From Anaerolineales bacterium (GTDB lineage Bacteria > Chloroflexota > Anaerolineae > Anaerolineales > Villigracilaceae), in assembly GCA_016932715.1 (NCBI GenBank), contig JAFGCG010000053.1, positions 499-64,498 on the forward strand: a stretch of 64,000 nucleotides of DNA, written 5' to 3'. Below, piece after piece: positions 46,338-54,071 of this stretch (the stretch's first letter is position 1; each line of letters begins with the position of its first letter). The translations under genes were made by a program, and so were the position numbers. Below the pieces are notes generated by a model. It ran no database searches. It had not been told where the DNA came from and was given only the letters and a program-made list of their open reading frames with translations.

Positions 46338-46703
46338 TTAGCGCTGATGATGTCCAGGCGAAGTCGGCGCGCTGGCTGAGGCAAGCTGGTCTGCCTTGTA
46401 ATTCTCCACTGCCTCCCGGACGGTCTGGCTGGTTCCCAAAAGATACATGGCGATATCAGCTGCGTCCAGGGCATTGTAGGCGTTCGGTCCAAAGTCGCCG
46501 CTGACAACGACACCCGCGCCCAGACGGGCGATGTACTGCGCCGCCTGGGTGCCAGCTCCGCCGGAGGCATTCGCGCCTGGGTTTGGATAGGACTGCCACT
46601 CCAGTGTGTTCGTATCGACAACGACAAAGTAAGCTGCACGTCCAAAACGCGGATCGATGACGGAGTCCAGGTCAGGGGATATTGCGCTGATCACGATTTT
46701 CAT
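46338..46703 (-). CDS. NifB/NifX-family (dinitrogenase FeMo-cofactor-binding-like) domain protein
   Basis: MKIVISA...DPRFGRAAYFVVVD...GAGVVVSGDFGPNAY. Confidence 0.8.
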   Translation of the reverse strand: MKIVISAISPDLDSVIDPRFGRAAYFVVVDTNTLEWQSYPNPGANASGGAGTQAAQYIARLGAGVVVSGDFGPNAYNALDAADIAMYLLGTSQTVREAVENYKADQLASASAPTSPGHHQR

Positions 46704-46710
46704 AATGGAC

Positions 46711-46956
46711 TCATGCACGCGTCATCTTCGTCCCGCATTTGGGACAGGCGCGATCCAGGCAGCGCTGACCGGCGACATGTGGTTCCTGATGTCCGCACTT
46801 GGGACAGACACAGTTCCCATCAGGCCCGGAACCGGGTTTGTTTCCGCCGCCCCATCCCCGACCTCGGCCTGCTCCTCCTCCGCGGCCCTGACCTCCCCCC
46901 TGACCGCGCCCCAAGCCTCTGCCTCCACCTCTGCCTCTGAAAAAATTATTGTTCAT
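46711..46956 (-). CDS. Small Gly/Arg-rich protein with C-terminal Cys4 zinc ribbon
   Basis: N-terminal RGRGGGRGLGRGQGGGQGRGGGAGRGRGWGGG, then CVCPKCGHQ...CPKCGTKM. Confidence 0.65.
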   Translation of the reverse strand: MNNNFFRGRGGGRGLGRGQGGGQGRGGGAGRGRGWGGGNKPGSGPDGNCVCPKCGHQEPHVAGQRCLDRACPKCGTKMTRA

Positions 46957-47049
46957 GTCTGTTCCTTCTTTCAGGAGGCTGTGCTTAGTGCAGCAGCCTT
47001 CTGAAAATCTTTTCTCGAATTCTTTCTGCGCTTATGGATAGTTCTCAAT

Positions 47050-47448
47050 TTAATGCAGGCGATCGACCAGATCCACAATTCTGCCCTCCACATAAGCGAT
47101 GACCGCCTCATCGATCGAGACAATATCGGTGACGACCGGGCGAATGTTGCAGGCTTTCATGCTTTCATAGGCGCCCATGCCCATGCCCCGACAAAGCAAT
47201 GCCTCGCAATCAGATATCACATCTGCCATACGCAAATGCTTATTATGGGATGCCTGGTCCATGCCGTGCGGCTGGCCAGGCTGTTCGGAAGCATGCGGTT
47301 CGTTCGCGAACTGGTTATGGCCAAGCTTTTCACGCATCGTATGGTTTACGATTTTGCCATTTTCCACGGTGACAACCATGTAATGGGATGCCCGGCCAAA
47401 GTGCTGGCTGATGGTTTTGCCATCATCGGTAATTGCAGCGATTTTCAT
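47050..47448 (-). CDS. NifB/NifX-family domain protein
   Basis: MKIAAITDDGKTISQHFGRASHYMVV...LLCRGMGMGAY. Confidence 0.8.
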   Translation of the reverse strand: MKIAAITDDGKTISQHFGRASHYMVVTVENGKIVNHTMREKLGHNQFANEPHASEQPGQPHGMDQASHNKHLRMADVISDCEALLCRGMGMGAYESMKACNIRPVVTDIVSIDEAVIAYVEGRIVDLVDRLH

Positions 47449-47451
47449 TGA

Positions 47452-48030
47452 TTATTGTTCCTTCCTAATTAGATTTTTATGAAGTGCATGGTGCATCACA
47501 TAAACGAGGAGTGCCAGACCCGCGATAACACCGAGCGGAATAATTTCCCAGAATACGAGCAAGCCACCAGGCTCATCCTGCTGTGGAATATCCGCGGTTT
47601 CATTGGCGGTTCTCTCCGTTGAATGAACGGGGGTGTAGGGCGCGGCGATCCGTACCTGGCTGATCCCCGCGGTCTGATCGAAAAGTTCTACGCGTTCATC
47701 ACATTCCTCCGGATGACAGTCCTGACACTTCGAGACATCCTCATTGATGACCGGATGCGCCGCGCGATTGGCGTGAGCCATCTCCCGGGTGACTGCTGTG
47801 GGGTCCCCGCCATGACAATCGACACAGCGCATGGGCGATTCTCGCAGGCAGAACCAATTCCCCGTGTCGTGCAGAAAATACAGATTCTCATGGCAGGTCA
47901 TGCACTTGTCTTCACTCCCATTAGCCGGAACGGATTGAGCATGTGCAGGTGTACTCAAAAATACGGTGGCAATTACGAGACACACCAGAGTAAACAGCGC
48001 AAACAGGATCGATAATGTTCTATGAGACAT
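47452..48030 (-). CDS. Membrane-anchored triheme c-type cytochrome
   Basis: Signal peptide, three CxxCH motifs (CMTCH, CVDCH, CQDCH), C-terminal TM helix. The ATG at 48030 is preceded by AAGGAG. The track extension to 48363 is rejected. Confidence 0.8.
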   Translation of the reverse strand: MSHRTLSILFALFTLVCLVIATVFLSTPAHAQSVPANGSEDKCMTCHENLYFLHDTGNWFCLRESPMRCVDCHGGDPTAVTREMAHANRAAHPVINEDVSKCQDCHPEECDERVELFDQTAGISQVRIAAPYTPVHSTERTANETADIPQQDEPGGLLVFWEIIPLGVIAGLALLVYVMHHALHKNLIRKEQ

Positions 48031-48061
48031 GGCCGATCTCCTTTCAGGTGTCTGGTCCGTT

Positions 48062-48736
48062 CTAACTCCCAAAGTGACGTTCGGAGGGCTGGTCGCGCTC
48101 ATCCAAGGGACAAAGCACGAGCAGGAGCCTGGATTCGGACTCACCCTCATTCTGCCAGCGGTGAGGAAGATAAGCCTCGAACATAAGACTATCACCTGGT
48201 TCAAGCGGATACGCCTGATCATCCACGTGATAGATAATATGACCTTCAAGACAGTAGACGAACTCGCGTCCTGTATGTACGATGGGAATCCTTCCGCTAT
48301 CCGCTCTGGGTTTAAGGGTGACAATGAGCGGCTCCGCGCCAAAGCGGGCCATGCCGGTGCCAAGGTCTTCCACTAATCCATGAGTAAACACCGCGTGGGG
48401 CCGATTGCCAGCACGCTGGTAAACCACCTTTTTTTGGCCTTGATCCGCTTCAAAAAACGTCGAGATGGGGACTTGCAGGGTTTGCGCGATCAATTGAAGT
48501 GTGCTGACGCTGGGAGAGGTGCGTCCATTCTCGATCAGGCTAAGCGTATTGACGTTCAACTGGCTCGACTCGGCCAGGGCACGGATCGAGAGACCTCGAC
48601 CCATGCGGATCTCACGCAGGCGGCGACCGACATCAATACTGCTTTCATTATTCACTTCAGCGACCCGCGCCGGGAGGTTTTTACTGTTTCCAACCGGTCC
48701 ATTTCTTGTGCGCACGTGTGATTGATTGCGTCTCAT
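48062..48736 (-). CDS. XRE-family HTH regulator with C-terminal cupin domain
   Basis: GRRLREIRMGRGLSIRALAESSQLNVNTLSLIENG HTH. Cupin motifs HTGREFVYCLEG ... PHRWQN. Confidence 0.88.
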   Translation of the reverse strand: MRRNQSHVRTRNGPVGNSKNLPARVAEVNNESSIDVGRRLREIRMGRGLSIRALAESSQLNVNTLSLIENGRTSPSVSTLQLIAQTLQVPISTFFEADQGQKKVVYQRAGNRPHAVFTHGLVEDLGTGMARFGAEPLIVTLKPRADSGRIPIVHTGREFVYCLEGHIIYHVDDQAYPLEPGDSLMFEAYLPHRWQNEGESESRLLLVLCPLDERDQPSERHFGS

Positions 48737-48753
48737 GATCCGTTTCTCCGTTT

Positions 48754-48778
48754 ATTGGTTGCTGCAACCAATATTATA
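48754..48778 (-). promoter_or_regulatory. -10 box (TATAAT on the minus strand) abutting a 19-nt palindrome; candidate autoregulatory operator of the XRE-cupin gene
   Basis: ATTGGTTGC-T-GCAACCAAT (48754..48772) has perfect 9-bp arms. The reverse complement of 48773..48778 is TATAAT. The palindrome ends 17 nt upstream of the start at 48736. Confidence 0.45.
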
Positions 48779-49058
48779 GTTGAAATTACAATTAAATACA
48801 ATCCATCAACTATTTTATTATTTTAACGAAACGGAAGTAAAATGCAGAACACAGAAACATAGCACTGTTTACATACTTATTTCGTGATATTCCCCCTAAT
48901 TTACTTCGCGCGGGCTCCACGACCGTCGGGACCCTTCCGGTAAATCTGAGTAGACAGACACCCTGGATTATGTCCCAGAGCGCCTTCGTTTAACAGTACG
49001 TCGGCAGAAGACTTGAGGCAGCGGATTGCATCTCACTGATGCCAACATAGAACATTCT

Positions 49059-49561
49059 TCAACTTGCAAACTGCCGCCCATGAAGGTTTTTGATTTCAAA
49101 CGTGCAAGTATTGACAATTTGCCAATCGAAAAAGATTACATTGTGCAAACGGCGCAGTCTTTCGCCACAAGTTTCATGTGCACACGACCAGGTGATCTGC
49201 GTACCGTCCGGACTCCATGCTAAAGCGCCAAACAGCAAACCTTCAAAACTTTGCAGTAATTGGATAGAACCGCCATCGCCTGAGTGACCCAAGTCTCGGA
49301 GATAGGTCTTTCACGCCCACTGCTGAACTTTAAGAATGCAATTCGGTGACTATCTGGTGACCAGGCCGGTGACATAAACGGAAAGTCGCCGGACTGCCTC
49401 CGACCGAGGCGTGGTCGCCATCCTGGACCGCCGCGTGCTGACCAAGCAATATGGGCGGCTGTTCCTCGAATCCCGGCCGCGCTGCACAGCAAGACAGGGA
49501 CCCGCGGCGAGTCTTGCCAGCCAGGCTGGAAAGTGGCTGGGGATGTAGCCCATTGCCACAA
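49059..49561 (-). pseudogene. Frameshifted remnant of a PD40/TolB-like beta-propeller repeat gene
   Basis: Two minus-strand ORF fragments in different frames each carry a PD40 signature (SPAWSPDSHRIAFL; ALAWSPDGTQITWS). No intact ORF. Confidence 0.35.
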
Positions 49562-49590
49562 CCCACCATCCTGAGTAAAATCAGTCCACT

Positions 49591-50451
49591 ATGCCCAATA
49601 AAGTCGCTGTTGTCACCGATAGCACCGCCTATCTCCCCGATCAACACCTGAAACAATATAACATCTCCGTCACACCCCTGAGCGTTGTCTGGGGCGAACA
49701 GGACCTCCTGGACGGCGTGGATATCCTGCCGGACGAATTCTACAAGCGCCTGGCAAGCTCCAAAGTCATGCCTACGACCTCGCAGGTTACGCCTGCTGCG
49801 ATGCAGGGCGTGTTCCAGTCTCTGCTGGCGCAGGGATATGATGTGCTGGGAATCTTCATCTCTTCGAAAATTTCCGGCACGGTCGAGTCTGCGATCCAGG
49901 CACTGGATATGCTGCCCGGCAGCGCAGGGAGAATCACGATCGTCGATTCGCTCTGGACGACCATGGCGCTGGGTTTACCCGTCCTGACCGCGGCGCGCGC
50001 CGCCCAGGCTGGCGAAAGTCTCGCCGAATGCGAAAAGATCACCAAAAACGCCTGTGCGCATACCGGGGTTTTGTTCGTGGTCGAAACGCTCGAGTTCATG
50101 CGGCGCGGGGGCCGCATCGGCGGCGCACAGGCTTTCCTGGGCACAGCCCTGAACATCAAGCCGGTGCTGGAGATGCGCGACGGCCGCATCGAGCCTGTTG
50201 AAAAAGTCCGCACTAAGCAGAAAGCGATCCAGTGCGCCATCGATGTGGTGGTCGAACGGATCAAAGGCCAGGCGCCGATCCGCCTGGCAGCCACCCACGC
50301 CGATTGCGAAGCGGACGCGTCTTCCCTGCTGGCAGCGGCCAGCGCGCAGCTCGATCCCATCGAAACATTCTGCTGCCCCCTCAGCCCCGTCATCGGGACG
50401 CACACCGGTCCCGGGACAGTTGCGCTGAACTACATGTTCGGCGTGGCATAA
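49591..50451 (+). CDS. DegV family (fatty-acid-binding) protein
   Basis: VAVVTDSTAYLP, TSQVTP, FISSKISGT, FVVETLEFMRRGGRIG. Confidence 0.88.
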   Translation: MPNKVAVVTDSTAYLPDQHLKQYNISVTPLSVVWGEQDLLDGVDILPDEFYKRLASSKVMPTTSQVTPAAMQGVFQSLLAQGYDVLGIFISSKISGTVESAIQALDMLPGSAGRITIVDSLWTTMALGLPVLTAARAAQAGESLAECEKITKNACAHTGVLFVVETLEFMRRGGRIGGAQAFLGTALNIKPVLEMRDGRIEPVEKVRTKQKAIQCAIDVVVERIKGQAPIRLAATHADCEADASSLLAAASAQLDPIETFCCPLSPVIGTHTGPGTVALNYMFGVA

Positions 50452-50549
50452 AGATATTCTTCGCCGCCGCTTCGTCTGCGTGCTTCACAGCCGCTCCCTC
50501 TGCGAGGACTTCACAGCGCGAGCGGCTCAGAATGACACAGACCACTTTT

Positions 50550-50584
50550 CGGGAGCCGGCTAGCCGGCTCCCGAGTTTTTCTTT
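50550..50584 (+). terminator. Rho-independent terminator after degV-like gene
   Basis: CGGGAGCCGGC-TA-GCCGGCTCCCG palindrome followed by AGTTTTTCTTT. Confidence 0.7.
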
Positions 50585-50596
50585 AAAATCAGATTT

Positions 50597-51442
50597 ATGT
50601 CCAACGCCTATTTCATTCTCTTCGAGCTCATCATCTACCTCCAACTTGCACTTTGCCTTCGCCACGCCTGGAAGCAGGGAATGCCGAACCTGCTCAGGCT
50701 TTTTGCCGGGATCCTCTTCGGGGTCATGCTGGAACTGGCTACGATCCGTCAATTGCAGGCATATGAGTATGGTCAGTTTCTCCTGATGGTCCTCGATGTT
50801 CCGCTGTGCATCGGCGTTGCATGGAGCTGCATCATCTACAGTTCGATGGAATTCTCGGATGCAAGCAGTCTGCCTTATTGGATGCGCCCGATTCTCGACG
50901 GTCTGCTGGCACTGAATATTGATCTTGCCCTCGACGCGGTTGCCATCCGTCTCGGCTTCTGGGATTGGGGCGCGGGATTGGATTTCCAGTATTTCGGCGT
51001 GCCCTACGCGAACTTTTGGGCCTGGTTCTGGGTTGTCTTTTCCTTCTCGCTCGGATACCGTCTGCTTGCCTGGCGCGCAGATTGGGTCGGCAGATGGCTT
51101 TCCCCGCTGCTGGCGTTGACCGTTGGACTCACGGGTGTGCTGGGAACGAACAGCCTGATCTCATTCGCCGTTCCCTTCGAACATCACGACGCGGTCGTGT
51201 TGGTTACATTGATTCTTGCCCTTGTCCTTGTGATCGCCTCGCGGCCTCGTTTTTATTTGACGCCTGTCCCGTCACTGGTTTTCTGGATACCGTTCCTTAC
51301 ACATGTTTATCTGCTGGCTGCGGGATTGATATCCGGCGTGATTTTCGAGCCGCCTGCCTTGTTATGGGTGGCTGTTGCCATGCTCAGCATTGCATTTTAT
51401 TTACACCGCCCGACAGTCCGGATGATTTTTGCCAGGAGATGA
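50597..51442 (+). CDS. Multi-TM membrane protein, possibly of the carotenoid-biosynthesis (DUF422/CruF-like) family
   Basis: About 8 TM helices. AYEYGQFLLMVLDVPLCIGVAWSCIIY and IRLGFWDWG resemble that family. The family call is tentative. Confidence 0.6.
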   Translation: MSNAYFILFELIIYLQLALCLRHAWKQGMPNLLRLFAGILFGVMLELATIRQLQAYEYGQFLLMVLDVPLCIGVAWSCIIYSSMEFSDASSLPYWMRPILDGLLALNIDLALDAVAIRLGFWDWGAGLDFQYFGVPYANFWAWFWVVFSFSLGYRLLAWRADWVGRWLSPLLALTVGLTGVLGTNSLISFAVPFEHHDAVVLVTLILALVLVIASRPRFYLTPVPSLVFWIPFLTHVYLLAAGLISGVIFEPPALLWVAVAMLSIAFYLHRPTVRMIFARR

Positions 51443-51460
51443 TGGGGGGCGTGGCTGCCC

Positions 51461-52735
51461 CTACACCGACAAATCCTTCAACTCCAGAAATACTTCCACA
51501 ACCCGCGGATCGAAGTGTTTCCCGGAGTCGTCTTTGATCCGCTGCCGCACTTCCGCGGGCGGAAGTGCTTTATGGTAGGGACGATCCGAGGTCAAGGCAT
51601 CCCAGACATCCACGACAGGAAAGATGCGCGCCGCAAATGGAATTTCTTCCTCCTTCAAACCGCGCGGGTAACCGGTCCCGTCCCATCTTTCGTGATGACA
51701 ATAAGGGATGTCAATGGCAGGTACCAGAAAATCAATCGGATTGAGCATTTCAAAGGCGTAGACAGGATGTTTCTGCATTAACTTGCGTTCCTCGTCTGTC
51801 AGTCCGCCAGGTTTTAACAAAATACTATCCGGGATCCCCATTTTGCCGATATCATGCAGTAATGCCCCACGCCGGATATGGACGAGAGCCTGCTCGTCCA
51901 CACCCATGGCACAAGCCAGTCGTTCGGTCAAAATCGTCACGCGCTGGGTGTGACCCTCCGTTTCCTTGTCGCGCAGGTCCAGGGCGCGCACCCAGCCTTC
52001 CAGGGTGGCTTGATAGGCCTTTTCAAGTTCACGATGGCTTTCCTGTAACTCTTCGAACAGACGCGCCCCGTCGATCGCCACAGCCGCCTGGTCGGCGAAT
52101 GCCGAGAGGAGGACTACGTCACTCTCTTCGAAAATGCCGGCGTGGGCACGGTTATCCACATAGAGCACGCCAATCAAATCACTTTTGAGTTTGAGCGGGG
52201 TACAAAGGATCGAACGCAGTTGATACACCGCCACACTCGACTGGGCATCGAAGCGCGGGTCGGCCTGCGCGTTTGTGGTCAGGACCGGCTGGCTCGATTC
52301 TGCCACCTGCCGCGCCACCGTCCTGCTGACCTTGAATTCCTCTTCATCCAGGTTGACGTGGTCGATGCCGCGTGCGATCCGCACTGCCAATTCCCCATTG
52401 GGACCGCGCAGCATCAGGAAGCCGCGTTCGGCGCGCGTCAACGCGATCAGCGAATCCATGACCTCCTCGAGCACCCGCTCCAGGCCCAGGGACGAGTTGA
52501 CCGCGTGCCCGACGCGCATCAACGCCCTAAGCTGACTCTGTCTGAGGTTCATCTGATCAGTGGCACTCTTTTCAAGTTTTCCAAGCAACTGTGAGATCCG
52601 CGTAATGTCCTGAATTGCCGTTGGGACGGCCGGGCTGCCCGAATGTGAGAGATTTGCAAGGACATTCAGCAGCGATCCATTTAGCTCGTTGAATTGCTGT
52701 TGGATCGCCTGTGCACCAGATGGGTTTGTGATCAT
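51461..52735 (-). CDS. GAF domain + HD-GYP phosphodiesterase-type protein
   Basis: GAF-like FLMLRGPNGELAV...LIGVLYVDN. HD-GYP motifs HTQRV, LLHDIGKMGIP, HHERWDGTGYPRGL. The ATG at 52735 is preceded by GGGAGA. Confidence 0.85.
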   Translation of the reverse strand: MITNPSGAQAIQQQFNELNGSLLNVLANLSHSGSPAVPTAIQDITRISQLLGKLEKSATDQMNLRQSQLRALMRVGHAVNSSLGLERVLEEVMDSLIALTRAERGFLMLRGPNGELAVRIARGIDHVNLDEEEFKVSRTVARQVAESSQPVLTTNAQADPRFDAQSSVAVYQLRSILCTPLKLKSDLIGVLYVDNRAHAGIFEESDVVLLSAFADQAAVAIDGARLFEELQESHRELEKAYQATLEGWVRALDLRDKETEGHTQRVTILTERLACAMGVDEQALVHIRRGALLHDIGKMGIPDSILLKPGGLTDEERKLMQKHPVYAFEMLNPIDFLVPAIDIPYCHHERWDGTGYPRGLKEEEIPFAARIFPVVDVWDALTSDRPYHKALPPAEVRQRIKDDSGKHFDPRVVEVFLELKDLSV

Positions 52736-52829
52736 GAGGATCTCCCTTGACCGTACTGCCTGTACCAGGCTCGCAGACAAGTGCAGCAAATGCGGTACCG
52801 TGGATTTTACTCCGATATTCGACGAAAAC

Positions 52830-53140
52830 ATGGACTGGCGTTCGGCAAGTTACAATCAACCTGTGGATATCCCCCTGTATCTCGCACGCATACAGTTCTC
52901 CAAACCTATACAACCAGACGTCGAGACCCTGCGCGAGTTACAGCGCGCGCATATGCTGAGCGTGCCATTCGAGAATCTCGATATTGGATTAAAGCGTCCC
53001 ATCCAGTTGGCGGCAGCCTCATCAGCAAAGCCACCCCCGCGGGACGTCTCTCCCTGAAAAGCAGGCGGCTGATCGTCACCAGCAATGGCAAGCGCTCAGA
53101 ACGTCCGGTGAAAGACAGAAATGAATATAATGACTATTGA
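52830..53140 (+). pseudogene. Remnant of an arylamine N-acetyltransferase gene (N-terminal ~40 aa joined out of frame to a C-terminal tail)
   Basis: YLARIQFSKPIQPDVETLRELQRAHMLSVPFENLDIGL is the NAT N-terminal signature. The catalytic core is absent. A second frame (ORF 52781..53140) carries a NAT-like C-terminal tail. Confidence 0.45.
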
Positions 53141-53177
53141 AGCAATATTTTGACGTTACCCTACCCAAGGAGCAGAC

Positions 53178-53597
53178 ATGACCGTTGAAAATTACCTGGC
53201 AGAAGCAGGCGCCTTGGCCGGACTCGCAGGCGTCCTGGCAGGCTTTTCGCTGGCGGCAGTGATTCAACTTCTTACATCGGGCAATGGCGGAAGGTTGACC
53301 ACCGCTGGAATCGTGGTCTTTTCTGCCGCATCTGTGATGTTCTTGTACTCCCTGATCGTAGCAGTACTGTCCTTTTCCGCCGCGGCAGAATTGAATGAGG
53401 TTCCCCTTGCCCTGGACAATCTTAATAACGGCGCCTTGCTGATCATGTTTGGGGCGATCTATATCTTTGTGGGCGGCATTGGCATGGCAGGCTGGATGCG
53501 CTCCAGGATCGCAGGTATTCTCACGACGATCCTGGCATTGATCTCCTCGTGCCTGATCACCTACGCGATTGGGAAAGTCCTTTCGCTTTTCATGTAA
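53178..53597 (+). CDS. Small integral membrane protein (4 TM), unknown function
   Basis: AAGGAG RBS, four hydrophobic helices, followed by a strong terminator. Confidence 0.65.
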   Translation: MTVENYLAEAGALAGLAGVLAGFSLAAVIQLLTSGNGGRLTTAGIVVFSAASVMFLYSLIVAVLSFSAAAELNEVPLALDNLNNGALLIMFGAIYIFVGGIGMAGWMRSRIAGILTTILALISSCLITYAIGKVLSLFM

Positions 53598-53612
53598 AAC
53601 ATATCGGGAATC

Positions 53613-53644
53613 AAAAAGACGCCTCACGATTGGAGGCGTCTTTT
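53613..53644. terminator. Bidirectional Rho-independent terminator
   Basis: AAAAA-GACGCCTC-loop-GAGGCGTC-TTTT between convergent genes. Confidence 0.7.
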
Positions 53645-53651
53645 CTCTCGT

Positions 53652-53978
53652 TTATCTGATCTTGAACATCTGCATCAGCTTCATCGCCAGGTTCAGGTCG
53701 CCCGCCAGTTTGATCTTGCCCTGCATGAAAGCCTGCATGCCATCCAGTTCGCCGGTGAAGATCTTGACGTAGTCCGCGGAATCGGCCGTCAGGGTCATCT
53801 TTGGGGTGGGATGGGTACCGCGCGAGACATCCACCTTCCCGTCCTTGATCGCCGCGACCCACTCCCCTGCTTCCGCGCCCGTGAATTTGAACTGGATCAC
53901 TGCATCCAGTCCCTGGGCTTTTTCGGGGATGAACGCGCCCGGCATTTTTTCCATAAGCTGTTCGACTGTGAGGGGCAT
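53652..53978 (-). CDS. SCP2 sterol/lipid-carrier domain protein
   Basis: DAVIQFKFTG..GEWVAAIKDGKV...FMQGKIKLAGDLNLAMKL. The ATG at 53978 has an AAGGAGAA RBS. Confidence 0.82.
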   Translation of the reverse strand: MPLTVEQLMEKMPGAFIPEKAQGLDAVIQFKFTGAEAGEWVAAIKDGKVDVSRGTHPTPKMTLTADSADYVKIFTGELDGMQAFMQGKIKLAGDLNLAMKLMQMFKIR

Positions 53979-54002
53979 TTCCTTTTCTCCTTTTGATTTT
54001 AT

Positions 54003-54069
54003 TGTAGGGGCGCAATACAGTTTGCTAAGCAAACTGTGCGCCCAGGGCACAGCATGCTGTGCCCCTACA
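54003..54069. repeat. REP-like compound palindrome (TGTAGGGGCGCA...TGCGCCC / GGGCACAGCATGCTGTGCCC CTACA)
   Basis: A 20-nt perfect palindrome at 54044..54063. A second hairpin GGGCGCA..ACAGTTTGCT/AGCAAACTGT..GCGCCC. Outer TGTAGGGG/CCCCTACA arms. Confidence 0.6.
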
Positions 54070-54071
54070 AA

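Noticed and set aside
46328-46645. N-terminal extensions offered by the ORF track (46328..46645 for the MinD-like ATPase). Similar extensions: 48031..48363, 25104..25193, 62691..63119, 34048..34137, 28301..28426, 59079..59312 and 16450..16632.
   Set aside because: The extensions overlap the upstream gene or a terminator or repeat, and they lack an RBS. Each is followed by an internal ATG with a good Shine-Dalgarno sequence at the point where family homology begins.
50232-51537. Alternative-frame ORFs 50232..50786 and 50965..51537 overlapping the end of degV and the membrane-protein gene.
   Set aside because: Their translations are Arg/Pro/Ser-rich and of low complexity. The competing frames encode DegV and a coherent multi-TM protein.
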